A stretch of 64,000 nucleotides of DNA. Origin: Phyllosticta citribraziliensis (lineage: Eukaryota). A program made the translations under genes and the position numbers. Below, piece by piece: positions 23,171-35,998 of the stretch. Position 1 is the first letter of the stretch. Each line of letters starts with the position of its first letter. The notes under the pieces were generated by a model. The model had not been told where the DNA came from and did not search any database. It worked only from the letters and a program-made list of their open reading frames with translations. The stretch lies in assembly GCF_038025025.1 (NCBI RefSeq), contig NW_027117339.1, forward strand, positions 620,001 to 684,000. Direction: 5' to 3'.

Positions 23171-24521
23171 TCACCTGTCTGCCCGCTCGACCTTGGTGAG
23201 GACGCAGAAAAACAGCGGTCCCCACCGTCCCTCGCCCACGTCCGGCACCGCGATGCGCCCGTAGTCGGTCTCCTCGGCCCACAGCTCCAACCGCGTCTCA
23301 ACACGCTCCCACGCCTCGCGTTGCGCGGCCCCTCCTCCGACTCTCTCCCCCTTCTGTCCCATCTCTACCCGCACATCCCACCCCCTGACCCAGACGCGCC
23401 CCTTCCGCCTCTCCTTCTCCAACGTTTCCTTGACGCGCTCCACCACGCCGTCATTCTCGCCGCGCTCCACCGAGCACGTCGAATACAGCACGCGGCCGCC
23501 GGTCCTCACAGCACGCAGCGCCGTGACCAGCAACCCGGCCTGCGTCTTCTGCAGCGCGCGGCTGGCGCCGACTCGCCAGCGCGCCATGTCGTCGGCGACG
23601 CGGCCGGCGGCGGCGGCGCGCGCGTGCGCCTGGATGATGTGCCGCTCGCTGCTGCAGGGGGCGTCGAGCAGCACGCGGTCGTAGCGGGCGGCGCCGTGGG
23701 GCAGCGCGGCGAGGAAGCGCGGGGTGACGCTGGCGTCGAGCGTGAAGGTCTGCACGGCTTTGGCGGGCGGCGCGAAGAGCGTTCTCGGGAGGTAGCAGCG
23801 AAGGTTGCCGAGGAGGCGTTTGGCGCGCGCGGGGTCGGGTTCGTTGGTGTGGAGGCAGCCGCCTGGCGGGTTGTCCCCGGACGGGTTGGTTGTTGTCGGT
23901 GTTGTCGGTTGCTGCTGACGATGCTGGTCGTGGTGCAGGTTGGCGAAGATGATTTGGGATAGGGCGACACTCTTGCCGCCGGGCGCGGAGCACAGGTCGA
24001 GCACCTTGTCGCCGGGCCGCACGTCGAGCATGTGGGCGGCGAGGGCCGACGCGGCGTCCATGTTCCAGTGCGTCAGGAGCTGCTGTGACGACTGCGGTGG
24101 TGAGTGGACAGTCGTGGGCTTGGGTGGTGGGAAGGTCAGATGCTTCTCTGCTTGTTTTGCCTTTCCCTTCCCCTTTTCATCTCCGTCTCTCTCCCCTCGT
24201 GGTCGCAAGCACCCGCTCATACAGCACGATTCTCGGCCTCTCACTCTCACTCTCCCCCTCGTCTTCGTCTTCGTCGCGAACTGCCGGCAGCTCAGTCACT
24301 CGCAACTCGTCCTCCGGGACCTCGGCCACCAGCGCCCTCTCCACGTCTGCGCGCGGCACGAATTGGTTCACCAGCGCCGCGTACCGGGTGGGCTTGGTGA
24401 GTGCTGGATACAGCGAGTCGTGCCAGCGTTGGTGGCCCCAGCCGTTTGCCGGGCTTGCGTAGTGCGTGTGGAAGGCGGCGATGGTGGCGTCGAGCTGCTT
24501 GCACTCGGCCTTGGTGGGCAT
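23171..24521 (-). CDS. NOL1/NOP2/Sun family RNA m5C methyltransferase, split by an apparent frameshift near 24190
   Basis: N-part (FHTHY..WG.QRW..SLYPAL.KPTRYAALVN) is in one frame. The catalytic part (MDAAS, VLDLCSAPGGKS, DRVLLDAPCSSE, YSTCS..GEND, GPLFF) is in the +1 frame, with no convincing intron between them. Confidence 0.85.
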
Positions 24522-25657
24522 GTTTCGATTGCCGGCCTGGGGATTCTTCTTGCCTTGGTCGGTTGGTTTCGCTATTCGTAGAAGATAGGAAGAGGATGGT
24601 TTCTGTTGTGCGAGAGGGAGGCGCAAGTTCTCATCGATGCTGTTGCTCCTCCCCCTCTTTCTGTTCTTTTTCTCACACTTTTTCAAAAAAAATTAAATTT
24701 TTTCGCCTTCTCTCTTTCTTGACAGTCGAATCTCTTCCTGCGACTCGATTCAGTTTCCAACCAACTCAGCCCTTTCTCTTATCAGTCCAGGGGCCCGCTC
24801 GACCACAACCGTTGCTGGATATAGTTCTAACGAGGTGTGACGTCGGCACGTCGCAAACGGGTCGACGTCTGGTGTTGACCCAAGCCGCGGGATGTGATTG
24901 GACAACGAACCGAGCCAGCGTCCAACATCAGGCAACCAAGCCCAAACAGGCAATAATGCTGCGAAATGCTCAACAATCTCCAATGCGGCTCGAATCTGAT
25001 GTCCCTGCCTTGTTATCAGTCGATGATCGCGTTACTGCCTCGTGATGGGGGACAGCACACTCGCGCCAAAGATAACGCACGGCGTCTATTTAGAGTCCGC
25101 GTCCGGCTCGCTGTACGGCTGCCGCTTTGAGTAGTCTTGTGGCAGACGTCGGATCTGCAACTCTATCGCTCGGGAAACAAGCTTGCTTTCGCCGTTCCCA
25201 GCCAGCCGGGCGCGCTCGATAAATAAACGTCAACGTCACTGTTTTGGAGCTCGGTCCGGGTCTGAGACGGTGCTCGGGTTTTTGGGAAGACGCTGGAGTT
25301 TGCTCAACGCGAGGAGACGTTTCTTGTGTTTGTTGGCTGAGAGGGGGGTGGAGAATTGGAAGTGAATGTTGCGCGGTTGGAGAAAACGTTTGCTTCTTTT
25401 TGGTGCTCGGGCAAGTGCGAGCACAATGTCGGTCTGCGTCCCCCCAAAATAGTCCTACAGAGTAAGTCGACCGCAATCTAGCCCAATCCAATCCTATCCA
25501 GTCCAGTCTAGTCGCAAAACCCCACCACCTCAGTCCCATCATTCTCATCGTCCTCATCAGTATGACCCCTGACCACCATCACCCCTTCCCCCTTGCCTAT
25601 CCCCCCTTCTCCAAGCACTGTTAGACAAAATGAAATTCAGCCTCCATCTCAAAAGCC

Positions 25658-26859
25658 CTACACCTCCGCGCCATCCTTCTTCACCATCTCAAACTCCCTG
25701 CTATCGGACGCGGCGCGCCAAGTCGACGCCTCGGACAACGGGCGCTGCTGCGCTTTTTCCGAATCGACGACGTCGGCGTTGACGACGCGGTAGTTGAAGC
25801 AGTAGCCGGGGTGCCAGGCGGTCAGGACGACGACGGCGAGGGCGCAGAGACTGTGCACACAAGGAATCAGTTTCCGCTGCTCAATCTTCTCTGGAGGGGA
25901 AGAAGGAAGCATGAACAGGGGAGGAAAGCGGAAATAAGGGGCAAACCGACTGACCTCGGATCCAAAATAATGAAACTAATCTCATCCTGCATGATAGGAT
26001 TCCCCCACCCGCCCGCCATCTCCACAATCCGATAAATACACCTAAACATGATGGCCCAAAACGCGATGAACAGCGCCGCCAGGAACCCGCGGAACTTGCG
26101 CGACCCGCGCAGCGCGCGCGTCTTGTCGTTCATGGCGGCCGCGTCGGCGCAGCGCCACACGCGCCACGCAAACTCGATGGACAGGATGGCGAAGATGGCG
26201 AGCGTGAAGACTTGGAAGGAGAGACCCGCCATCATGATGTTGTTGCCCGTGTCCAGCATGTCTTTGTCCGACGAGTCGGCGGTGGCCGCCATGCCGCCGC
26301 CTGCGGCTTGCAGGACGAGCGAGACGAAGTCGCAGGGGATGAAGATCCAGGTGTACCAGGCGGGTGGGATGCGCGAGAGGGAGGGCGAGTAGGCGAGGAC
26401 GCTGGGGCGTGGTGTTAGTTGGATTACGATTTGGGTGGTGGGTGGGTGTGTGGTGTTGCAGTGAGGGAGTGGATGATTCAGGGGGTAATGCATGGCCAAC
26501 AAGGGGGTATTGAAGAGCAGGGGGGGCAAAACTCACAGATGCTTTAGCATCAAATAAAGGCCCGCCGACAGGAACGCCGGCGCAATCGTCAACAGCACAA
26601 TCTGCAGGTTGAACCCGGACTGGCTGAACGGGTCGTGGTGCAGCATCAGCCGGCCCGGGTAGCCGCCCGCCTCGCACAGGCAGCCTAGTATCATGGCCAC
26701 GCTGAAGAACCAGGTTCGGTATCGCAGGGCCTGTAATAGGTGCACTGCTGCCGCGGCGCCGAAGAGCGAGATGAAGAAGATGGAGCAGAAGATGTTGGGC
26801 CGGTAGCCCAGGGTCGATGCGGAGATCGGACATGTGGAGACGGTGCAGTTGTCTGACAT
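25658..26859 (-). CDS. RTA1/Rsb1-like 7-TM protein (lipid/long-chain-base translocase family)
   Basis: Exons 26859-26537, 26401-25955, 25850-25658. GY.PN, E..GY.GR, IAPAFLSAGLY, FIPCDFVSLVLQAAGGG, GLSFQV, RCIYRIVEM.GGW, WHPG. Confidence 0.93.
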
Positions 26860-29460
26860 TTTGGCGTGGGTTTCGGAGTTTGGTGGTGTTGGTGTCCGTG
26901 GTGGTGGTTCAGGGGACAGCTGCTGCGTTGGAGTCTTGAGGTGGTCGAGATGTAGGCGGACGGGGAGGAAGGGGTATCTTTGTAGACAGGCGCCGCGCGC
27001 GGGTGTAGAGGAAGAATGTCGACAACTTCGCAACCAGATTCTGGACAGTCTAATACAACAAAGCAAAAGATGCCAGGACAAAACAAAAAAGACTTGGAAG
27101 CAGGATGAGGTGAGCGCAGAGACTTGGCTCGCAGGCAGTTTATATCCCGTTTCCGCGGACCGCCCGCGGAGCGGCTGTCCAGGGGTGAGTCAAGCCGAAC
27201 AACAAGAAAAACAAGCAAAACGGGCTGTGCGGGCACAGAGTGGGTACGATGCTGCTCGTTTCGAGATCCTTGATGTCGGTCGGTCGTGTTGTGTCCCTGG
27301 CGGTCCGTCCGGCAGCCAGGCGCGCGAACTCGCGGCTGCGGCGTGATCCACGTCGCAGAGAGGCTTAGGATGGGAAGACGAGCGAACGAATGCCCAAGAA
27401 GGAAATGGTGACGCGGGAGGTCGGGGTGCCGCAGTCGTTTGGTCGTCCTTGGTGGGATTTGTGGGGAGAGGTTTGCATGTCAAGGACGCCCCCATCAGGC
27501 AGAAGGAAAAAGGCTGCGGCTGTTTTTTCTTTGAAGGGAGCTAATCAATGACGCGCAGCACAGTCGAAAGCGACTTGTGGGCGGTAAAGAATCACATCAT
27601 GATTGAGTGATTCGTTCAAACTCGGTTCGATTGCTGTGCTGTGGCTCTTTTCCCTACACCCTCCAACTCCTCTCAGATTCGTCTCCGGGCAGTCTAGCGG
27701 ACGTGGACAGAATCCGAGAAATTCCGTGTAGTATGCAGGAAAATGACAGAAAAGCACGAAAGAAACTTGGCGAAGCTTGTGGCGAGCAGTGTTGAACTAA
27801 TCACCTCTTGTTTGGGCCCTCATCGGGCTATTTTGAGGTCAGGCAGACCAATTGGCAACGCAGTTTTCTGGAAGCCTACGTGAGAGTCTCAAAGGCTAGT
27901 TTCGTGGTGTTCGAGGCCGAATAGCCCCGGCTGGGGACCAGTGGGTCGCTAAGAATCATGACAGCCGCGAGAGAAGACGTCTGTCTCGTACAGCAAGTCG
28001 TTCTAGGACAGCAGCCAAGACCGCCGCGCCGCTCCAAGTAAGCATAAGGTACAAAAAAGATAGAGCACGTCAGCCGCTCTCCAACTTACCAATCTCCTCT
28101 CTTCAGCTGCTGCCTTGCCGTGGTAGTCTCGCAGAGTAAGTGGGCAGACGGGAACGGGGACGTGGACGAGGCGCATGCTGACCTGACACTGCAATCCTCC
28201 TGCGCCCAGGCAACCCCGGCCAATCAGCCAGCACCAAAGCAGTGTTTCGTCGGCCGTGTAGGCACGCCAGTCGGCGTGGAGTCCTTTGCCCGTGCCCGTT
28301 CCCGTGCCCGTTCGCGACGTTGCTACCCGATCGGGAAGTGGCGCGGCGGGTGCGTCAAACCTCACGGCACCCACCTCACCCACCGAGCTCCTATCTCGTC
28401 GCCGTCTGAGCGTCCGGCTATGACAGGAAACAGGCGCAGAAAAACGGTTCGCGCGCGCCCGCTGGCCCGCCCGTCCGCCCGCTTGCTGCGCGTCATTGAT
28501 GCTGCGCGACGTGTTCCTGGCGCGTGGGTAAGCTTGCGGCGCTGCACTGGCGCTGGGCTGGATTATATTACACGGGCGGGTGCCGTGCGGACATCCTGTC
28601 CTTGTTCTTTCTCTCCGTCTTCTGATTTCTTGAGAGTAACCCACGTCGTGCGTTCAGCGAATTTGGTCATGGCTGTGGTAGTCGAGTTGGGACCAGTGGA
28701 CGTCACGACGAGCCCAGCCGGTGCGAACCTGCCCGCACGCAGACAATTTCAGCACCGCTCGCGTTACAGGTAGCTGGCAAAGCATGTAGAGTCGCACGAG
28801 ACGCTGGAGCGCAGAGGTGGAGCAGTTGCGTAGAGCGGCATCAAGAGAAAAAGGCAGAGGATTTTCCCGCGCTGAAAGCACCCACACAAAAACCAGGAGC
28901 CGGTCGGCGGAGCGGGCCGCGTCTTGGTGCCACGGTGCGGCGGCGGCGGGGTGGACGTTGGGTTGTTTGGGATGACAAGCGCTCAGAGCCAAAGTGGTAC
29001 ACGATGAACTAGGAGCACAAGCGGAGACCATTAGCGCACAGTAGCGACTGATTCAAAGGGGAGAAATGGAAATGCACACGTCCAATTGGTTCCCTATGAA
29101 CTTCAAACGTCGGAGAAATGGCAGCAAGTCTCCGCTTTTGGTGCCTCTAAAATAACGGGAAGGCGGCGCGCGGCGGGCCGTAGGTTCGCTCGATCTAATG
29201 GATTGAAGACAGGGAGAGGAAAGGGAGCAGCTAGCCAGCCAACACCATCATCACCTAAGCGTCGTGTGCGAGAGACAACTCCTGCCGTCACAAGCACCCT
29301 ACCGCCAACTCTTGCAATGATTTCGTACGTACGCATTTAAGTCGCAGTGGATTCAATGGTGATTCTTTATTCTGCATGTCTACTAATCTTTTCTTCTCTT
29401 CTACTCTTTCTCTCTACTACTCTGCTTCACTCCGTCCGTTCAAATGCTGATGTGCCGCCA

Positions 29461-29490
29461 ATGCTGATGCTGATGCTGATGCTGATGCTG
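29461..29490. repeat. (ATGCTG)5 microsatellite
   Basis: Read directly from the sequence. Confidence 0.9.
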
Positions 29491-30226
29491 ATGATGCTCA
29501 TGCCACACAATGCTCGCTCCTCCACCCTCCCATCCATCCATCTATCCAGTCAGCCATGCATGCATTCAAGCGTCCAATGCAATAAACAAGCAACAGCGCG
29601 CGCTGTGTTCGATCTATGAAAGATTGAAAGAAGAGAGGACAAATGACCAGAACCCCATTTGTACAACGACTGCAACCATCGACGGGGATTTTTATCTACG
29701 TATTTCATCGCTGGCGCGCCGCCACATGCCGACCGTCCTCCCAGCCAAAGAAGACGCAACGCCTGTCTAATGATTGATGTGACGGTGATGCAAATGCAAC
29801 CATGCAAGATGAAAATGAGCAGCGTTCGAAGAAACGAAAAAAAAAAAAAAGACTAGACTCCCTCAATGCGCCAGAGAAAATGCAAAGACTGGCAAAAACT
29901 GACAATGACTGGGCCTGGCCCTGACAGGTCTATAAGTGGTTTTTTTATTTGCGACAGGAAAGAAAAGAAATGTATGGGCAATTCCACCCCATGTTGAGCC
30001 TTCCCCGGATATGCATGCGGGAACAGCACCTCTTGACTGTGTCGTCTTTCGAGGCAGCAAAAAACGCCGATCTCGTCTATTTGTTTTGATGCAGAAAATG
30101 CAATTGATGGGCGACAGTCGTAATCATTGATCCAGAGAAATTTTTTTGACAAGAACATTACTTTTGCCATGTGCGCAGGGTGGTATTGATGCGGCCATCG
30201 AGCCTTGTTTGTACGTCGTTACCGGT

Positions 30227-33200
30227 TCATGAATAGGTGGTGGCATTAGCGTTCGTGGCTGGCTCCGTCTTGATGTGCGTCGTGGGCGTCTGCGCGCGCT
30301 TTTCGACCGGTGCAAACAGCAACTTCATGTCAAGGCTTAGCTCCTCGAGAGCGTAGTTGTTGTCAATGTGAGCAAGAGCACCGGTGCTCTGGCCCGTCTT
30401 GTTCTGCTCCGAGTAGACCCACGTCTTGATCTGCTTGAGCAAATGGATGGTGTTGCGGAACCTCTGATCGGAATCCATCTTGAGCCAGTCGGCGCAGCGG
30501 CGGCGAATGACGGTGTGGGCGAGCCAGTAGTAGTGGATTCCATCTCTGCAAAATCCAGACCTGGGCGGTGCATTGGCACCATACTGAATCTCGAGGTCCA
30601 TGTCCCAGCTTCGCTTCCACTTGTCCAAGGCATTGTTGATGACCTTGAGCGCCTGCTGGGCGTTTTGCGCGGCGATTCCATCAACCGGAGTTGCAGAACC
30701 GCTGCTGCAAGTGCTGTTGGACGCAGAGTCGGAATAGTTCCAGTCCCCGTTTGACTGAGGAGTGCTGGAGCCAGTGGGTGAAATAGCATTGTTTGGCGGC
30801 AAGACTGCGTGCTGGGCTGCTTGGCGAAGTGCGCTCCACATTTGGACGTGCAGCGCATGGATGACGATGAATTTGGTGTAGACGTTGGTCGAGCGGGGCA
30901 GGAGATCAGAGTTGCTCTGTGCCAGGATTCGAAGGACTTCGTGCAACTCGAGCTGCTTGATGCGACGGCTGCCAGTAATATTTCTCTTTGCTTGCGCTTC
31001 CTTGCCATGCAGGCCAAGCGCATCGGCGCACTCGTGCGCATTCCGAGCCTCCCAAGCGGCGTCGTCGGCCGGCAGCGGGATGCGGATCTCGCAAACGTCG
31101 AATTGGGCGCGGCAGTTGGAGAACATGACCATGGCAGCGTCGAGGAGGAAGAAGAGAAACACGACACGAGACCTTTTTTCTTGTGCGACCCAGCTCTCCC
31201 ACTTCCACTGTTGAAAATGCTGTGGTTCGGCATCGTCGCCGACGTGGTGCAGCACGCTGTAGCCTGCTTCGCCCGGCTGAACAGGGCTGAGTAGACCAGC
31301 CTTGCGCACGACGCGAGCGAGCTTTGGAAACTCGTCGACCGTCCGGTTCCGTTGTGAGGTGTTGCCGTGCCACAAAAAGGCGACGCAGAGCAGGGCAATG
31401 GTCTGAAGCTCTTCGACGTCGTGCGCAGACGGAGCGGAGTCGACAGCGTCGGCGAAGTTGTAGACGCGAGAAGTGCGCTGGATGGCCGACTTGACGACTT
31501 CCATGAGCGCGCGCACCTGGACAAGATTCTCGTCCTTTGCGTAGACGGCGCCGATGCAAAGCATGGTCAAGAGCAAAGCGTTGTCGGCCATGGCCGGGTT
31601 GAAAGTGGGCACGTGAATGACGGGCCAATGTTCCTGGAAATTCCTAAAGCCATCCAGGTAGGACTTGAGCGTCTCCAGTGACGAGAAGCTCCTCAGGATT
31701 TCGAGCGCCTGGGCCTCGTGCGGCTGAACGATCGCGGTGCCTCCAGGGAAGCAAAATGAGATCAACGCTTCAGCTTTATTCTGCAATGGATCAGAAGAGC
31801 TCAAGTCCCAAGAATCAAACACAGTTTCTGTGTTGGGGAAAGCCGACGCACTGGAATAGAGGTTGCTGAACATGCCATCCGGGGTGGCTTCATGGGAGGA
31901 TTGGTGGTGTTGGTAGTTGGTTTGGGGGGTTAGGTCTGTCTCGGTTTTTATAGCAACAGGGTCCTGAGAGATGCTGGTTGAGATGCCGAATGCGTCCTGG
32001 CCACCGTTTTGGTGGTAAGGATTATCCCAACCAAGGCCGTTTCCCTGGCCGTTTTGGACCGTGTTCATGTTGTTAATGCCATTGGCGTTGTTCATGGCCA
32101 TGTTGGAGTGCATATTCGGGCCGGAAACCGCCTGGCTGTAGCCGAAGTGGTTGTTGAGCTGCTCGGGCTGCGTCATGGCTTGGTTGACATTCTGGTTCAT
32201 GTTTTGCTGCATGTTGGTGTTCATGTTGGAGTTGAGGTTGTATCCTGACATTTGCGTACCGAGGTTGGCAGGGACCGCGTTGGTCGCCCTGAAATCATGA
32301 TTGGCGGAGGCATCAAAGCTCATCCGATGATTGTTGAGCAGCTCGACATGCGAGATGCTGCGGCGCTGGTCTTGAATCGGCGTGACGCCGGCCATCTCGG
32401 TCCGCGGCTGCATCAGGCTGTTGGCGCGAGACGTGCGGGCCGACATGGACGCGGCGCTCTCAGCGTAACTCCCCGGAGAGCCGCCCGAGAAGCCCGAGTT
32501 GCCCATGAGGTTGTTGGAAAAGGGGCTACCGTTGGAAAAGGTCGGGGTCGCATTGACGGCGTTGAGGTAGCTATGATCACCTGATCCCCCTTGGGAGTTT
32601 CGGTTCTTCCTCAAGTGAGCCTGGGAATTGGCCAAGTGGTTCTGGCCCGTGGGATTGCCGCGGCGGATCGAGCACTTTTGAAAGTGGCGCTTGAGAATGT
32701 CGCTCCTGGAAAAAGTGTCCTTGCACAAGTGGCACTGGTACGGGCGTTCGCCGGTGTCTGGAAGGGAGAGGGTCAGCGCGCGCACACGACGAAATATGTG
32801 GTCGGAAATGTCTCACGTCGCAACAAATGACGCTTGAGGTGCTTGAGGTGCAGGTACGTCTTGGAGCAGTGCGGACACTCGTACTTGTTGTCAGCGTTCT
32901 TGGTCAAGTTTTGTGTCGCCTTTGCGGATCCCGGGGCCGGACGTCCATTGGCGGTCGGCAGGACGCCGCGACGACCCTGCTGTCCGACGACGTGTATGGG
33001 TTCCGGTTCCTGGTTGGGGACAATGGGGGGCTGGCTCAAAATGTGGGACGAGCCGTAGGGCATGCCAATGCCGGCGGCAGGCATGGGGCGAATGTCGTGC
33101 AGCGAGGCCGTCATGGTCGAGGGCGCAGGATTGGTCGAGTGGGTGCTGGTGGTGATGGGGCCCATGGACTGGCCGTTGGACAGGGACGAGTGCGGCAGAA

Positions 33201-33540
33201 AGTAGGAGCTCGACGAAGGATTGGACTGCAACGGGGGATGGGGCGCAATGACGGGCAGAGAGCGGCCATGATTCAAGGATGGCGCCGCCGAAGTTGCAGG
33301 AGTCTGGGGGGTCAGCGGAGTCTGGGGTGCACTCCCGTAGTTTGTGGAGAAGTGCGCATTGCCGAGTGGAGGCAGTGGGGGGAGCTGATGGGTGGAAGTG
33401 GATTGAGCACGGAAGCGCTGCGGCGGCAGAGAGCCGGCGGCCGACTGATGGGGAGTCAAGGGCTGCGAGTGCGTTCCTGACGGCGTCGGGATCCCATGCA
33501 GGTATGAGTTTGTGGGATGGAAGGTGTCGGCGGCGTCCAT
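30227..33540 (-). CDS. C2H2/C2HC zinc-finger transcription factor (NsdC/RfeC-like DNA-binding domain) fused to a fungal-specific TF middle-homology domain
   Basis: Exons 33540-32817 and 32757-30227. VVGQQGRRG.LP, CPHCSKTYLHLKHLKRHLLRHTGERPYQCHLCKDTFSRSDILKRHFQKC, N/Q-rich region, Fungal_trans-like FQEHWPVIHVPTF...LLLTMLCIGA...QEKRSR...IPLPADDAAW. Confidence 0.9.
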
Positions 33541-35967
33541 GGCGGAGGAGGGAAGCTCTAAACCGTCGACATGCGTCGTCGACAGGAGGAGGGGTGCCGG
33601 ACGCGTTGGAGTGGTTGGTGAGGGAGGGGAGGGGAGGGGAGGGGAGGGGAGTGGAGAACTGAGGGAGAGAAAGATGGATGTCGAGGCAAGATGGATGTGG
33701 GTGTGGATGGTGGGGGTTTTGCGGAAGCGAAGTGGGATGAAGGTGGCTCGGCGAGCTGGCCGAAGGCGCGCGCAGAAATTTTTGCACGGATTTAGCGAGC
33801 GAAGACTCTCGCACCCTGGGCTGGGCTGGGCTGAGGTGGATGGCGGATGGCGGATGGGTGTATTCGTTTCGTGTTATGGACGCGTCCGGTCCGTCCTTGG
33901 AATTGGACTGGGACTGACTGCACAACAAACGGCGGGTGCAGATCGCGGGGCCCAGGTGAGGCTCTTTGGCAGAAAGTGGAGCGAAGCAGAGGACGAGGTG
34001 GTGATTGTGCACTGCGAGGCCGAGGGAGCGGAGTGCGGGACGAGTGGAGACTGGGAGTCGGGGACGCTGGATGTACATACGTGTTTTGATTTCTTCCAGT
34101 CCAGTCTCGTCTCTGCTCAGGTCTATTACGACGACGTCGCATCCGCCGTCATGCAATGTGACAATATGATGGATGTCGTTGACTGCCCTGCCCTGCGGTG
34201 CCCTGCCCTGCCCTGCCCTGCCCTGCCAAGGGTACTCCGGCTGCCAGTACACACTACAGTACTACAGTCGGCATGACCGCCGATTGCGCTAGGTACGCCC
34301 CGGTGCCGCCGCCGAATCCATGCCGCCACTTGCGAAATCAACATCCATCCGTCAATGCCTCGACTCGTGGTTTGCACATGCGGCTCATCACGGCCTTGCC
34401 GACTGGTCCCTTCTGTTGACCCTTCCGACTCGACGGCCCTGACTCGCCCTCTCCAACAACCAGGAACCAAGCCCATCGCATCGCATCACTTTTCCGTCAC
34501 CTCTCCAAACCGCGCCGACTGCTTTCAGGCTGCGCCGGCGCCGAATCTCATCCGCTGTTCATGCCTGGCTGACATGCTTCCTCGACGTACCCGGAGATAG
34601 CAGCCCGAGTGCCGCCGCCGAACGGAAGGAAAGCCGACCTCAGCTGCCTCCCGGCTACCGGCAAACCTACTACCGCTGCCCTCACCACCACCACCACCAC
34701 CACCACCACCTCTTCTTCTCTCATCCTCCCGCCGCCGTGCTTTGCACTGCACGTGCCCAATAAGCCGACATGTCGACAAGCCACGCGTTCGTCGTCCTCC
34801 TCACCAATCGCCTGCCGCCGCTGTGACGTCGTCCGCCTCTTTTGTGCTCGGTGGTCGAGCGCCATTGCGCCCTGTGGCCCGCGAGGCGCACGGTATTTGG
34901 CCGCCACCCGCTCGCCCGGCCATTCGAAATACCTCCTAGCGCTCACCACAGTCTTGCTTCTTCTTCTTATTCCTCTTCTTCTTCGAGTGCACTTCTCACC
35001 CACAGCCTCGTCAAGCTGACAGACGCAAACAATTCTCTCATTTCTCTCCTCCTCCTCCCTTCTCCGGCCTGATCATGTCACCGCGCAAATCTGACCGACT
35101 CCCCTTCTCAGGCGCTCCCGGACATCGTCGAGTCCGACACCCCTGTACTTTGACACTACCACCCCCCGGCCACCACGATCGCTCCGCGTCCACTGTCCAC
35201 ACGTTTATTCTTTTCTTAGCTGGCACATTGCCCATCACTTGCTTTATTTCCATCGTCCTCTTCGTTGTTGTCCTTTTGGTGCTCAGGCCGACGTCTGCAA
35301 CGAGAGAGGCATCCTCGAATCTAGATTCTGCTACGTCGCTTATCCCAATGCCCTCACGCCATCCCCAACCCCGTTATGTAATCCCCGTCTTTGCGTCCTT
35401 TTCTGCCCTTGCTCTACCATACGCTTGTCCCTTTGCGCTCCTCGCCCCTTGATGCTCGTCCACAACCACCGCCGGACCCCTCAAAAAACGCGGACCCCGC
35501 GAGTCCGACCAGACGGCACCGACGACGTGTCAGACGGCCGTCATTCGTTCTCAACCCATCCCATGCATCTCTGCCTTTGTCCGGCCTCATTCACGGCCCT
35601 ACTCGACGGGCAAGAGGCGGTCTCAAGTGCAGCCACTCAGGCACGCCAGCGAAAGGCGCTTCTTCCCGCATCGAGCAACGCAAACCGACGCAGCACCGGC
35701 ACTAATCCGACAAGACGAGGAATGCCCGACGCGCAAACAAGCATTCATGGCGACGCTGTAAACTCGTCCCGGCTTCCGCCATGTCCATCTGTGCCCATTT
35801 CCGACTGATGTGCACAAGGACTGACTGGCCGCGGGCCCTCGGCGAGCGGGGTGTCTTGGTCGATTCGACCAGCTGGCAGCAGAACCAGGCCATGCAGTGT
35901 GCTCGCAGTGTCCTGATCAATCAGCACGAGGGAAAATTCGCCGAGCCCGCGAGCTAGGGGTCCAGTG

Positions 35968-35998
35968 CCCCCCCTCCCCCCCCCCCCCCCCCCCCCCC
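35968..35998. repeat. Poly-C/poly-G tract
   Basis: C7-T-C23 run. Confidence 0.9.

Noticed and set aside
27000..30200. Several 100-217 codon ORFs between RTA1 and the transcription factor
   Set aside because: Arg/Ala/Pro-rich translations typical of GC-rich non-coding DNA, with no domains.
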